Notes: generated by a model not told the origin, from the letters alone. Counted from the first letter of the stretch, positions 14,717 through 24,177 are shown. The stretch: DNA of 64,000 nt from Acidobacteriota bacterium (GCA_022340775.1 JAJDNH010000088.1:13464-77463), one strand, 5' to 3'. Numbers and translations: made by a program.

Positions 14717-14896
14717 CGGGCGGGGGCTCGTTTCCCTTTTCACGTTTCCCTTCCCGGGCGGGCGGGTGGTTGCCTCCGTCACTCCGTCACCGGCTGGGCG
14801 GGGGAGCGTTTCCCGTTTCCCGTCTCCCGTTTCCCTTCCTGGGCGGCTGGGGGCCGTCTCGCGTCTAGCTTCTAGCGTCTAGCGATCTCCCCGGGG
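14717..14896 (+). repeat. G-box/tandem-word cassette array (4 modules)
   Basis: Cassettes in order: CGTTTCCC, CTCCGTCACTCCGTCAC, CGTTTCCCGTTTCCCGTCTCCCGTTTCCC, GTCTCGCGTCTAGCTTCTAGCGTCTAGCG. Confidence 0.85.
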
Positions 14897-15056
14897 CCGC
14901 ACGGCCGCCGGAGCGCCAGAGAACCCGAGATGCCTCAGGAGCGTAAAGTAGTGTCAGAGCCCATAGCCGTCGTTCGAATCGACAGAGAGCTCGCCGCCGA
15001 TGGGATCAAGCTCGACTGTCATTCAGATGTGAGCAGGGAACCAGAGAGGTAGAGCG

Positions 15057-15755
15057 ATGGACCCAATCAAGAAGAGCGCCCACGTCGCCGGATTCCTGTA
15101 CCTCCTCGTCGCGCTCACCGGCCCGTTCGTCCTCATCTACGTGCCCGGCAAGCTGTTCGTGCACGGCGACGCGAGCGCGACTGCCGGCAACATCCTGGCT
15201 CATCAGTCGTTGTTCCGGTCCTACATCGTCGTCGGGTTCGTTTCCGAGCTGTTCTTCATCGCACTCGTGTTGGCACTCTACCGCTTGCTCAAAGGGGTGA
15301 ACGCCCAGCTCGCCGCACTCATGGTGATACTGGTTCTGGTCGAGGCGCCGCTCGCATTCTTGAGCGTGGCGAACGAAATCGCGACCCTCACCTTCGTGCG
15401 CGGCGCCGGTTTCCTGGCTGTATTCAGCCCACCTCAACGCGACGCCCTGGCAACTCTCCTGATCAACATCGACAGGCAGGGAGCTCTCGTCTCCGATGCG
15501 TTCTGGGGGCTCTGGCTCCTTCCTCTCGGGTGGCTCGTGTATCGATCGGGATTTCTTCCTCGCCTCCTCGGCGTCTGGTTGCTCATCAACGGCCTGGCCT
15601 ACCTTACGATCAGCTCGACGGGGGTGCTGTGGCCGGAGCACCTCAAAATGGTGTCCACGATCGCCACTCCCGTCCTGTTCGGAGAGGTGGCGTTCATGCT
15701 GTGGCTGCTGATCGTGGGTGCGCGTGTGCAACCCTCGGAGGTCGCCGCACCGTGA
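15057..15755 (+). CDS. DUF4386 domain membrane protein
   Basis: AGFLYLLVALTGPFVLIYVPGKL, about 6 TM segments, and WGLWLLPLGWLVYRSGFLPR, as I recall for DUF4386. Confidence 0.7.
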   Translation: MDPIKKSAHVAGFLYLLVALTGPFVLIYVPGKLFVHGDASATAGNILAHQSLFRSYIVVGFVSELFFIALVLALYRLLKGVNAQLAALMVILVLVEAPLAFLSVANEIATLTFVRGAGFLAVFSPPQRDALATLLINIDRQGALVSDAFWGLWLLPLGWLVYRSGFLPRLLGVWLLINGLAYLTISSTGVLWPEHLKMVSTIATPVLFGEVAFMLWLLIVGARVQPSEVAAP

Positions 15756-15777
15756 TCGAACCAGCCTGCCGTGAACA

Positions 15778-15850
15778 CCATCTCACGTTCTCACCTCCTG
15801 CCGCCCGGGCGGGGGCACGTCTCGCGTCTAGCTTCTCGCGTCTTGCGAGC
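15778..15850 (+). repeat. G-box/word cassette between convergent genes
   Basis: TTCTCACCTCC, then GGGCGGGGGCAC and GTCTCGCGTCTAGCTTCTCGCGTCTTGCG. It contains the stop codon of the minus-strand gene. Confidence 0.75.
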
Positions 15851-16988
15851 CACGCAAGTACGTCGCCGGTTCCACCGCTGCCACCGTGGCGCCCGGGGGT
15901 GCGCTCTTGGCGGTGGGAGGTTGTGCGGGAGGTTCGGTGACGACGCTTTCGATGGCCCTCTCGAAGTCGTCCTCGAGCGTCGGGAACGCCTTCTTCGACG
16001 AGGCGCAGAGGACCTGGATCAGGAGCCCGTCCTGCACGAACAGGCCGAACCTGTAGCGCGCCTGAATCCCGTGGAGCATGCCGCCCAGGTCCAGCACGCG
16101 CACCGGGTGGGCGTGGAGCGTGCGGGTCTCTTCGCCGAGCTTCTCGAAGCCGGGGGAGCTCTTCTGCAGATGACCCAGCACGACCTCCTGGAGCCGGTCG
16201 AGGCTCCACTGCCGGATGTTCGGCGGGGCCTCCGGAATGACGATGATCGCCGCGTCATGCGAGGTATCGATGAACCAGAGATCCACGACGGGGTTGTTCT
16301 TCTTCGCCTGCTCGCGGTCCATCAGCTTCCACTGGGAAGGGAGAGGACCGATCGCGTACCCGGGGACCGCGCCGCGGACCGGTACCGCACCGGCCCGGTG
16401 GAGCCGGAACCTGACCCGCTGGACCGCTGCGCTGAGCAGGTTGTGTCCGGTGAGCGACTGCTGGATCCCGAGGAGCGAGAGGAGAACGAGGATCGCCGTC
16501 ACGCCGGAAGCCAGCCCGATCCGGACCTTCCCGGCGTTGCCGAAGAGAAGACCGCACAGGGCCAGGCAGAAGACGACCTGAAAGACCGCCCCGACCGGAT
16601 TGCTCTTGGCGAGGAAGAACACGCCGAAGAACACGGCGCCGGCAATCACTCTGAACTTCGCGAAGCCGAGGAGCTTGCGGGAGCCCTTGAGGAGTGACAA
16701 TCCGACCCAAACGTCGATCAGCGCCGGCACGACCGGCAACATCGGACCCAACTCTCGATCACCCAGGGCGAAGCTGACCAGGGCAATAGCCGCATTGACG
16801 AGGAAGATCGCGCCGGCGATCTTCACCCCGAGTGGAAGCTCGCTGCCCGCCGCCGCGCCGCTCGTGTCCACCGGCCCGAAGCCGCAGTAACCGCACGCTT
16901 GGGATGCATCCTCCCGCAGCTGCCCGCATTGGGGACAGATCGTTGCATGGGCCGCCTCGACGGTGCCGTCCGTGTTCATCGTGGACAT
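15828..16988 (-). CDS. zinc-ribbon membrane protein, function unknown
   Basis: Start is trimmed to ATG 16988 after GGAGG. N-terminal CPQCG...CGYCG ribbon, about 5 TM helices and a soluble C-domain. The last 6 codons and the stop are encoded by the repeat cassette. Confidence 0.6.
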   Translation of the reverse strand: MSTMNTDGTVEAAHATICPQCGQLREDASQACGYCGFGPVDTSGAAAGSELPLGVKIAGAIFLVNAAIALVSFALGDRELGPMLPVVPALIDVWVGLSLLKGSRKLLGFAKFRVIAGAVFFGVFFLAKSNPVGAVFQVVFCLALCGLLFGNAGKVRIGLASGVTAILVLLSLLGIQQSLTGHNLLSAAVQRVRFRLHRAGAVPVRGAVPGYAIGPLPSQWKLMDREQAKKNNPVVDLWFIDTSHDAAIIVIPEAPPNIRQWSLDRLQEVVLGHLQKSSPGFEKLGEETRTLHAHPVRVLDLGGMLHGIQARYRFGLFVQDGLLIQVLCASSKKAFPTLEDDFERAIESVVTEPPAQPPTAKSAPPGATVAAVEPATYLRGSQDARS

Positions 16989-17388
16989 TCCAGACCTCCG
17001 GAAGGGTTCTCTACAACCATCGTATCGCAAGCGAGTCACTGCGCGAACCGGCGGAGCCGGGCGGGGTGAGTGCTGGCAGGGGGCCGCCGGTATGAGTAGG
17101 GGGCCGGGTGGGCAATCGCCAGTAACTGGGAGACAAAACCGGATGCCAAGCGCCGACGCACGGCGCAAGACTCGCCTCCGGCCGGGGGCCATCCTTGGCA
17201 GGATGGAACTCATACTCACAGGCTCCGCCCGGAAGGTCTCAGACGAGCCGCTGTCAACACCGACAAACGTCATCTCTTCCCTTTTCCCCAGACTTCCCTG
17301 ACCCACCCGCGGGCCCTCTCCAGGCACTCATCAGCTCCTGGGTCTTGGCCAGGCTCCCGCGATTGTTCCAAGAGTGTCTGACTGGAGC

Positions 17389-17445
17389 TTGACAAATGAT
17401 ACCTGATTGGTAATGATAGTAATATGGTCGTATTTCAGGTACTCC
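17389..17445 (+). promoter_or_regulatory. AT-rich promoter/operator island upstream of Rrf2-cydAB
   Basis: TTGACA (17389-17394), N17, AATGAT. TACCTGA (17400-17406) and TCAGGTA (17435-17441) form an inverted repeat. This is the only markedly AT-rich stretch in this neighbourhood. Confidence 0.4.
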
Positions 17446-17449
17446 GAAG

Positions 17450-17941
17450 ATGATCGGCATCGGACGGCAAACCGACTACGCGGCTCGCATCGTGCTGCAC
17501 CTCGCGACATTGGAGGAGGGCGCCAGAGTCACTGCCCGGGAGATCGCCGCCAAGCGGCTCCTCCCTCCAGCATTCGTCCGGCGGATCATCAGCAAGCTTG
17601 CAGAGACTGGCATTCTCTCTACGGTTCGCGGCTCCGGGGGCGGAGTAACCCTCGCTCGCCCGGCGCGGGAGATCAGTCTTCTTGATGTTGTGAAAGCCAT
17701 GGAGGGCGGGCTGGTGCTGAACGCCTGCGTCGACGACCCGAAATCGTGCCCGCTCTCCGCCGCCTGCCCGGTCAACAAGGCGTGGTGCAAGGCAACCGAT
17801 ACGCTTGCGGCAACGCTCGCGAAGGTCCGCTTCGACCAACTCGCGAACGACCTGGAGGCGGGCGTCACCAGCAACGGATACCCCGAGAAGTTGCGCCGGT
17901 CGTTGCCGACCACTCCGGCCGGCGGACGCCGGTCCGACTGA
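17450..17941 (+). CDS. Rrf2-family transcriptional regulator
   Basis: The wHTH segment reads TDYAARIVLHLA...ITAREIA...LPPAFVRRIISKLAETGILSTVRGSGGGVTLARP. Cysteines at C..C.....C in the C-half suggest an Fe-S sensing type. Confidence 0.85.
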   Translation: MIGIGRQTDYAARIVLHLATLEEGARVTAREIAAKRLLPPAFVRRIISKLAETGILSTVRGSGGGVTLARPAREISLLDVVKAMEGGLVLNACVDDPKSCPLSAACPVNKAWCKATDTLAATLAKVRFDQLANDLEAGVTSNGYPEKLRRSLPTTPAGGRRSD

Positions 17942-17955
17942 GAAAGGAGGCGGTC

Positions 17956-19266
17956 TTGACCGTTCTGGCCCTATCTCGCCTGCAGTTTGCGGTTGCAACG
18001 TACTTTCACTTTCTCTTCGTGCCGCTCACGCTGGGGCTCTCCCTGCTGGTAGCGATCCTGGAGACCATCTATGTCAGGAGCGGCGACGAGGACTACAAGC
18101 GTGCGGCGAAGTTTTGGGGCAAGCTGTTCCTCATCAACTTCGCGATCGGCGTCGTCACCGGGATCACGCTCGAGTTCCAGTTCGGGACCAACTGGTCGCG
18201 CTACTCGGCGTTCGTTGGTGACGTCTTCGGCTCGTTGCTCGCGGTCGAGGCGACGGTGGCGTTCTTCCTCGAGTCGACGTTCGTCGCCGTGTGGTTCTTC
18301 GGTTGGAAGAAGCTCTCGCCGAAAGCTCATGCCGCCACCATATGGCTCGTTGCCATCGCATCCAACGTCTCTGCGTTCTGGATTCTGGTCGCCAACGCCT
18401 GGATGCAGCACCCGGTAGGCTTCGCCGTACGCAACGGCCGTGCCGAGCTGACCGACTTCTTCGCCGTCATCACTCAGAAGTTCGCCCTGCTCGAGTTCAT
18501 CCACACTGTCGGCAGCGCGTATATCCTCTCCGGGTTCTTCATGGTGGGGATCTCGGCCTGGCATCTGTTGCGCGGGCACGAGGTCTCGTTCTTCAAGAAG
18601 TCGTTCCGGGTCGCGATCGCGTTCGCGCTGATCTTCTCGCTGTTCGAGATTCTCCAGGGGCACATGAACGCCGAGATCCTCGGCTCCGCTCAGCCCACCA
18701 AGTTCGCCGCGATGGAGTCACACTGGGAGACGGCGCGCGCGGTACCCCTCAACCTGGTCCAGTGGCCGGACTCCGCGCACGAGCGAAACTCGGTGCAGGC
18801 GCTTCCAATACCCAGGCTTCTGTCGCTGCTCGCGACCTACGATCCGAACGGCGAGGTGAAGGGCCTGAGGGATTATGCCGCGGAGGACCGACCGCCGGTG
18901 CTGCCAGTGTTCCTGTCGTTCAGGATCATGGTCGGGCTCGGCTTCCTCTTTCTCGCGCTGACGGCGTGGGCGTGGTTCAAACGCGACTCGATCGAACGCT
19001 CGCCGCTGCTCCTGAAGGCACTCATCTGGTCGATCCCGCTCCCATACATCGCGGTTCAGACCGGGTGGACCCTCGCCGAGCTTGGGCGCCAGCCGTGGAT
19101 CGTCTATGGGTTGATGCGGACCTCCGATGCCGTCTCGCCGCTCGCTGTCTCGCAGGTCGCGGTCAGCGCCGCGGCGTTTATCCTCGTCTACAGTCTCTTG
19201 GGAGCCGCCGACTTCTACCTCTTGTTCAAGTACGCCCGCAAGGGCCCGGCGCCGGCGACGGCGTGA
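17956..19266 (+). CDS. cydA: cytochrome bd ubiquinol oxidase subunit I (short Q-loop type)
   Basis: TTG 17956 follows AAAGGAGG. LSRLQFAVATYFHFLFVPLTLGL, GVVTGITLEFQFGTNW and GWTLAELGRQPW. Confidence 0.9.
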   Translation: MTVLALSRLQFAVATYFHFLFVPLTLGLSLLVAILETIYVRSGDEDYKRAAKFWGKLFLINFAIGVVTGITLEFQFGTNWSRYSAFVGDVFGSLLAVEATVAFFLESTFVAVWFFGWKKLSPKAHAATIWLVAIASNVSAFWILVANAWMQHPVGFAVRNGRAELTDFFAVITQKFALLEFIHTVGSAYILSGFFMVGISAWHLLRGHEVSFFKKSFRVAIAFALIFSLFEILQGHMNAEILGSAQPTKFAAMESHWETARAVPLNLVQWPDSAHERNSVQALPIPRLLSLLATYDPNGEVKGLRDYAAEDRPPVLPVFLSFRIMVGLGFLFLALTAWAWFKRDSIERSPLLLKALIWSIPLPYIAVQTGWTLAELGRQPWIVYGLMRTSDAVSPLAVSQVAVSAAAFILVYSLLGAADFYLLFKYARKGPAPATA

Positions 19267-19278
19267 GGGGGTGAGGCA

Positions 19279-20304
19279 ATGCTCGAGACCATTTGGTTCG
19301 CGTTGTGGGGTCTGCTGTGGGCCGTGTACTTCATGCTTGACGGGTTCGACCTCGGGCTCGGAACCTTGCGCCCGTTCCTAGCGAAGAACGAACAGGACCG
19401 CCGCGTGGTGATGAACGCGATGGGCCCCTTCTGGGACGGCAACGAGGTGTGGCTGCTGACGGCCGGTGGGGTGACTTTTGCGGCGTTCCCGGGGACGTAC
19501 GCGGTGATGTTCTCGGCGCTCTACACGCCACTGATGCTGTTGCTCTTCGCGCTCATCCTGCGCGGGATCTCGTTCGAGTTCCGCGGCAAGGAGGACGCCG
19601 GGTGGTGGCGGAAGACATGGGATGCGTGCCTGTGGGTAGGGAGCTTTGTCCCCGCCCTACTCCTCGGAGTCGCGTTTGCGAACATCTTTGCCGGCATCCC
19701 GATCGACGAAGAAGGTGTCTTCCACGGCAACCTGTTCACCCTCCTCAACCCGTATGGGTTGCTCGGCGGCGTGCTCTTCGTTCTGTTATTCACCGTGCAC
19801 GGCGCGCTCTGGCTGGCGATCAAGAGCGAGGGCGACCTGCATCAGCGTGCGGGCCGGGCGGCAAGACTCCTGTGGGGACCGTTGCTCGTGGTCGCCGTGG
19901 CCTTTCTTGCCATGACCTGGCACTCGACGACGCTCTGGCAGAACCTCCTCACCAGGCCGGCGCTGCTGGTGTTCCCGCTCCTGGCTGTCGCAGGCATTGT
20001 CCTGACGCGCGTCTTCATAGGCAAGAGCGCTTGGTGGAAGGCGTGGGCGGCGTCGGCGGCGACGATCGTCGGCGCCACCCTGTTCGGAGTGGCTGGGCTG
20101 TTCCCGGCCCTGCTCCCATCGAGCCTCGACGCGACCTTTTCGCGCACAGCGTTCAATACGGCGTCGACCCCTCTCACCCTCAAGATCATGCTGGGTGTGG
20201 CACTGGTCATGGTGCCGATCGTGATCGGCTACCAAGCATGGGTGTATAGGCGCTTCTCCGGGCCGGTCACGGCGGAGGAGCTGGCGAGCGATCAGGCGTA
20301 CTGA
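19279..20304 (+). CDS. cydB: cytochrome bd ubiquinol oxidase subunit II
   Basis: YFMLDGFDLGLG and MGPFWDGNEVWLLTAGG. Confidence 0.9.
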   Translation: MLETIWFALWGLLWAVYFMLDGFDLGLGTLRPFLAKNEQDRRVVMNAMGPFWDGNEVWLLTAGGVTFAAFPGTYAVMFSALYTPLMLLLFALILRGISFEFRGKEDAGWWRKTWDACLWVGSFVPALLLGVAFANIFAGIPIDEEGVFHGNLFTLLNPYGLLGGVLFVLLFTVHGALWLAIKSEGDLHQRAGRAARLLWGPLLVVAVAFLAMTWHSTTLWQNLLTRPALLVFPLLAVAGIVLTRVFIGKSAWWKAWAASAATIVGATLFGVAGLFPALLPSSLDATFSRTAFNTASTPLTLKIMLGVALVMVPIVIGYQAWVYRRFSGPVTAEELASDQAY

Positions 20305-20550
20305 GTCGGGACGATGACCAGATTTGACCGCGCAAGCTCAGGGGCCACGGGGCACCAACCGAGCAGGAGTTCGCCGGGCGTCGGCCCCACCACCCATCAT
20401 CCGGCCGATCGACCCGGACCCTAGAGCCCGGCACCCACGATAGGCGAGAAGGAGTCTCACGATGAGGCCAAGGTACGACCTGACAGGTGAGCTCCATCAT
20501 GAAATGTGACTGAAATGGTCCCATTTGAGGCATCACGAAAGGAGGAGGAG

Positions 20551-21207
20551 ATGAAAGCTCGAACCGGTTTCATTGCGTTGGTTGTCGCCCTACTGCTTTC
20601 ACCAGTACTGGTCCAGGCGCAGGAGGGTCATTGGATCGTCCGCGGACGGCTTCTGTCGGTTTCCCCCAACGACAGCAGCACGGCCATCGCCGGCACCGAG
20701 GGCACGAAGGTGACGGTCGGCAACGACGTCATCCCCGAGGTCGACGTCACCTACATGTTCAACAACAAATGGGGGCTCGAGGTCATCGCAGGCACTTCGA
20801 AGCACGAGCTCGCCACGGCGGGAGGGGCGCTCGGGGGAGCCGACGCAGGGAGCGTCAGAGTACTGCCCCCCACATTGACGCTGCAGTTCCACTCCGACAG
20901 CAGCGGCCCGCTCGATGTCTATGGCGGCCTCGGTGTCAACTACACCCTCTTCTACAACTATCACCTCTCCGACGATCTGGCCGGTCTCGGAGTCCGCAAG
21001 CTCGACTTCAGTCACTCCTTCGGCCTGTCGGGGCAGCTCGGAATGGACATCGCCCTGAAAGGTGCCTGGGTGTTTAACCTGGACGTCAAGTACATCAAGA
21101 TGTCCACGGACGTCGACCTCGTCCTCGGTAACGGGCAGGTACTCGACACCGTAACCGTGGATGTCAACCCGTGGGTGTTCGGGGTCGGCGTAGGCTACCG
21201 CTTCTGA
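20551..21207 (+). CDS. OmpW-family outer-membrane protein
   Basis: ATG 20551 follows AAAGGAGGAGGAG. Signal peptide present. VLPPTLTLQFH and the terminal PWVFGVGVGYRF. Confidence 0.85.
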   Translation: MKARTGFIALVVALLLSPVLVQAQEGHWIVRGRLLSVSPNDSSTAIAGTEGTKVTVGNDVIPEVDVTYMFNNKWGLEVIAGTSKHELATAGGALGGADAGSVRVLPPTLTLQFHSDSSGPLDVYGGLGVNYTLFYNYHLSDDLAGLGVRKLDFSHSFGLSGQLGMDIALKGAWVFNLDVKYIKMSTDVDLVLGNGQVLDTVTVDVNPWVFGVGVGYRF

Positions 21208-21305
21208 GGTCACGAGGCACAGGCACCGGTTCGGGGTCCCACCGGACAGTTCTTCGAGGGTCCGGAAGGCCCGCGCCGCCAACTGCCTGCCTGTCTCTCA
21301 GGTTG

Positions 21306-21329
21306 CCCCAAGGGCCCGTGCCCTTGGGG
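21306..21329 (+). terminator. GC-rich hairpin, candidate terminator downstream of ompW
   Basis: CCCCAAGGGC-CCGT-GCCCTTGGGG is a perfect 10-bp stem followed by CTTCTC. The U-tract is weak. Confidence 0.4.
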
Positions 21330-21500
21330 CTTCTCGCGACGCGACAGATCGTCGTTTGACAGGTGAGCCATTCTCAAGACTCGTCCGGTGATGGTCTGTC
21401 GAGTGGTCTCCTGAGTGAGCCGACGGCGATTCGACAAAGTGACGGGGCGCCAGGGACAGGCTCAGCGTGCAGGTGTCGTCAGCGATTCGCTACGCGAACC

Positions 21501-21619
21501 GGCGGCGGGGGCGGGCGGGGGCATGGCTCGCGTCTGGCGTCGTGCGAGCCTCCCGGTTGGGCGGGGGATCTCCTCACCCCTCACTCCTGGCTCCTCACCT
21601 CCTCACCTCCTCACCTCCC
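21501..21619 (+). repeat. G-box/word cassette array (CTCACCTC run)
   Basis: GGCGGCGGGGGCGGGCGGGGG, then GGGCGGGGGATCTCCTCACCCCTCACTCCTGGCTCCTCACCTCCTCACCTCCTCACCTCC. Confidence 0.75.
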
Positions 21620-21683
21620 GGCTGTGCAGCCGGCCTTCTCTGCCGTATATTGGTGAGGCACAGACACGAAAGGACGGTGTCCC

Positions 21684-23150
21684 ATGAAGCGGATCTGCGT
21701 CGCCGTCGTCGTCCTCCTCGCGGGGGCTCTCACCGGCTGTCTGGCCTACAGCCCGGGTCCGTACGAGTCGGCCTCGGCGCCGCCTCCCGGCTACGACAAC
21801 AGCTACCTCCAGGGCTCGCCGCGGGACGAGGTCGGCTTCTTCTACGACGACCTGTCGCCGTACGGCAACTGGGTTCTGACCGCGGAGTACGGCTGGGTCT
21901 GGTACCCGCGCAACCCGGGCGCCGGCTGGCGCCCGTACACCAACGGCCGCTGGGTGGACACCGACTACGGCTGGACCTGGGTGTCGTTCGAGCCGTACGG
22001 GTGGGCAACCTTCCACTACGGCCGCTGGGCGTACGATTCGCGCCACGGCTGGATCTGGGTGCCGGGCACGATCTGGGGCCCCGCCTGGGTCTCCTGGCAG
22101 TACGGAGGAGGCTACGTCGGGTGGGCGCCGCTGCCGCCGTCGGTCGGCTTCGAGGTCGGCGTCGGCTTGCGGCTCGGCGGCCTCAGCCTGGCCACCCGCA
22201 TCCAGCCCGACTCCTACTGCTTCGTGCCGGAGCATTCGTTCCTCCAGCCCCGCATCTCCGGGTACCTGGTGCCGCGGGCCCGCAACGTCACGATCATCCA
22301 CAACACCACCAACATCACCCACTACGGTTGGACCCAGAACCGGGTGGTGAACCGCGGCGTCGACGTGCGACACATCGAGCGGGCGACCAAGCGGCGCGTG
22401 GAGCGGTTCCGGGTCCAGGAGGGGACGCGGGAGTCGCGGACGTCGGTCCATGGGTCCGATGTCCGCTTCTACCGGCCCGCCAAGGACAGGCTCGACACGG
22501 TCCGCATCCGGCCGCGCGGCGAGACGCCGCCGCCACCGCAGCACGCCCAGCCCCCGGCGCAGCATCGGAGGCAGCAGCCGCCCCCGGTCGCACCAGGGGT
22601 GCAGCGGACACAGCCTGCTCCCAGGCAGATCGAGAAGCGCGACCGGCGCGAGCAGGAGCAGCTCCGCAAGTCCCAGGACGAGGAGAGGCAGCGTCTCGAG
22701 CGGCAGCGCCAGCAGGAGCAGGAGAGGGCGCGCGCTCAGGCCGAACGCGACCGGGCCGAGCAGCGCCAACGGGAAGAGCGCGTCAGGCAACAGCAGGAGC
22801 AGCAGCGTCAGCAGCAGGACCGCGCCAGGCAAGAGCAGGAGCATCGCCAGCAGCAGGAGCGCGCCAGGCAACAGCAGGAGCATCGCCAGCAGCAGGAGCG
22901 CGCGAGACAGCAGGAAGAGCAGCGTCGGCAACAGGAGCGGGCGAGGCAGCAAGAGGAGCAACGCAAGCAGCAGCAGGAGAGGGCGCGGCCGGGCACCACG
23001 CGCCGGGCCGTTCCGGTGAGACCGGCAGCCCGGACGACACCGGGCGCCCGCGGAAAGCCGGCCCCGCGAACCACGCCGACGCCGACGCCCAACGCCAAGC
23101 AGAAGAAGAAGGGCAAGGAGAGGCCCCGGGGCCGGGCGCAGGAGCAGTAG
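21684..23150 (+). CDS. lipoprotein with Trp/Tyr-rich YGW-type repeats and a Q/E/R-rich low-complexity tail
   Basis: Lipobox LTGC. YGNWVLTAEYGWVWYP, GRWVDTDYGWTWVS and YGRWAYDSRHGWIWVPG. The tail carries (RARQQQEHRQQQE)-like repeats. Confidence 0.75.
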   Translation: MKRICVAVVVLLAGALTGCLAYSPGPYESASAPPPGYDNSYLQGSPRDEVGFFYDDLSPYGNWVLTAEYGWVWYPRNPGAGWRPYTNGRWVDTDYGWTWVSFEPYGWATFHYGRWAYDSRHGWIWVPGTIWGPAWVSWQYGGGYVGWAPLPPSVGFEVGVGLRLGGLSLATRIQPDSYCFVPEHSFLQPRISGYLVPRARNVTIIHNTTNITHYGWTQNRVVNRGVDVRHIERATKRRVERFRVQEGTRESRTSVHGSDVRFYRPAKDRLDTVRIRPRGETPPPPQHAQPPAQHRRQQPPPVAPGVQRTQPAPRQIEKRDRREQEQLRKSQDEERQRLERQRQQEQERARAQAERDRAEQRQREERVRQQQEQQRQQQDRARQEQEHRQQQERARQQQEHRQQQERARQQEEQRRQQERARQQEEQRKQQQERARPGTTRRAVPVRPAARTTPGARGKPAPRTTPTPTPNAKQKKKGKERPRGRAQEQ

Positions 23151-23234
23151 GGCAAGCCGGGATCAGGGAGCTCTCGCAAGCGCCGAGCAGGTGAGATCGG
23201 ACTCGCACCCAGGCGAAAGCTGTAGGCTTGGAGT

Positions 23235-24137
23235 GTGAAGCTGGGCGTGCGTCGGCACGGCGGACGGCACCGCAGGGTGTGGGTGGCGATCATGATTCTG
23301 CTGGCCGCCACAGTGTGCTCGATAGGTTTCCTGATGAGCTTCGAGAACCACATGATCTTCTACCCCACGCGCTACCCGGTCGGGCGCTGGGACTTCGCAC
23401 ACCTCCCCCAGCCGCCCGTGGGACAGACGATCTCGATCGAGGACGTCTACTTCGCGGCCGAGGACGGCGTGTGTCTCAACGGCTGGCTGGCTGCGCCCTC
23501 TGCCGCGAAAGCGGACGCCGATGCCTTGCCCACCCTGCTCTGGTTCCACGGCAACGCCGGCAACCTGAGCGACCGCTACGAGATGCTCATCGGCCTGGTC
23601 AACCTGTCCGCGCGGGTGCTGCTGATCGACTACCGCGGCTACGGCCGCAGCGAGGGACGTCCGTCGGAGAAGGGACTGTACCTGGATGCGCGCGCGGCCT
23701 GGCGCTGCCTGACCGAGGAGCACGGAATCGCGCCGGAGCGGATCGTGATCTTCGGCAAGTCGCTGGGGGGCGCGCCGGCCATCGATCTGGCGACGCACGT
23801 CCGGCCGGCGGGTCTGATCGTCCAGTCGAGCTTCACTTCGATCCCCGACATGGCGGCCCGGGTCTTCCCGATCGTGCCCAGGTTCCTGGTCATGACCAAG
23901 ATGGACTCGTTGAGCAAGATCCGCGGCATCCACGTCCCCAAGCTGTTCATCCACAGCCCCGCCGACGAGGTCGTCCCCTACGACATGGGCCGCCGGCTCT
24001 ACGACGCCGCCCCGGAGCCCAAGACGTTCTACACCGTTGCCGGCGCGCCCCACAACGAGACCTGGATCGTCGGCGGAAAGGCGTACTGGGATGCGATCCG
24101 GGAGTTCGTGAGTAGTGCGGTGCACCAATCGCTCTAG
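23235..24137 (+). CDS. alpha/beta hydrolase (ABHD13/BEM46-like), membrane anchored
   Basis: N-terminal TM helix, HGNAGN oxyanion region, nucleophile elbow GKSLGG and a C-terminal H (GAPHNE). Confidence 0.8.
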   Translation: MKLGVRRHGGRHRRVWVAIMILLAATVCSIGFLMSFENHMIFYPTRYPVGRWDFAHLPQPPVGQTISIEDVYFAAEDGVCLNGWLAAPSAAKADADALPTLLWFHGNAGNLSDRYEMLIGLVNLSARVLLIDYRGYGRSEGRPSEKGLYLDARAAWRCLTEEHGIAPERIVIFGKSLGGAPAIDLATHVRPAGLIVQSSFTSIPDMAARVFPIVPRFLVMTKMDSLSKIRGIHVPKLFIHSPADEVVPYDMGRRLYDAAPEPKTFYTVAGAPHNETWIVGGKAYWDAIREFVSSAVHQSL

Positions 24138-24177
24138 GCTGGAGGAGCAGGTCCAGGGTGCAGCTGGCCACCCCCCA

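Noticed and set aside
14960-14990. tRNA-like T-loop (GTCG-TTCGAAT-CGAC).
   Set aside because: The T-stem is only 4 bp. No matching acceptor stem, D-arm or anticodon arm could be found in the flanks.
17086-17215. Possible structured small RNA in the 460-nt gap upstream of the Rrf2 promoter. It shows GGTATGAGT...ACTCATACT long-range pairing and the local hairpins GCGCCG-ACGCA-CGGCGC and CCATCC-TTGGCA-GGATGG.
   Set aside because: Short GC hairpins are expected by chance at this base composition. There is no second copy and no promoter or terminator signal. It is kept only as a low-priority note.
20305-20420. cydX-like small subunit ORF after cydB (ATG at about 20314).
   Set aside because: The translation (MTRFDRAQAQGPRG...) is hydrophilic, with no TM helix and no SD.
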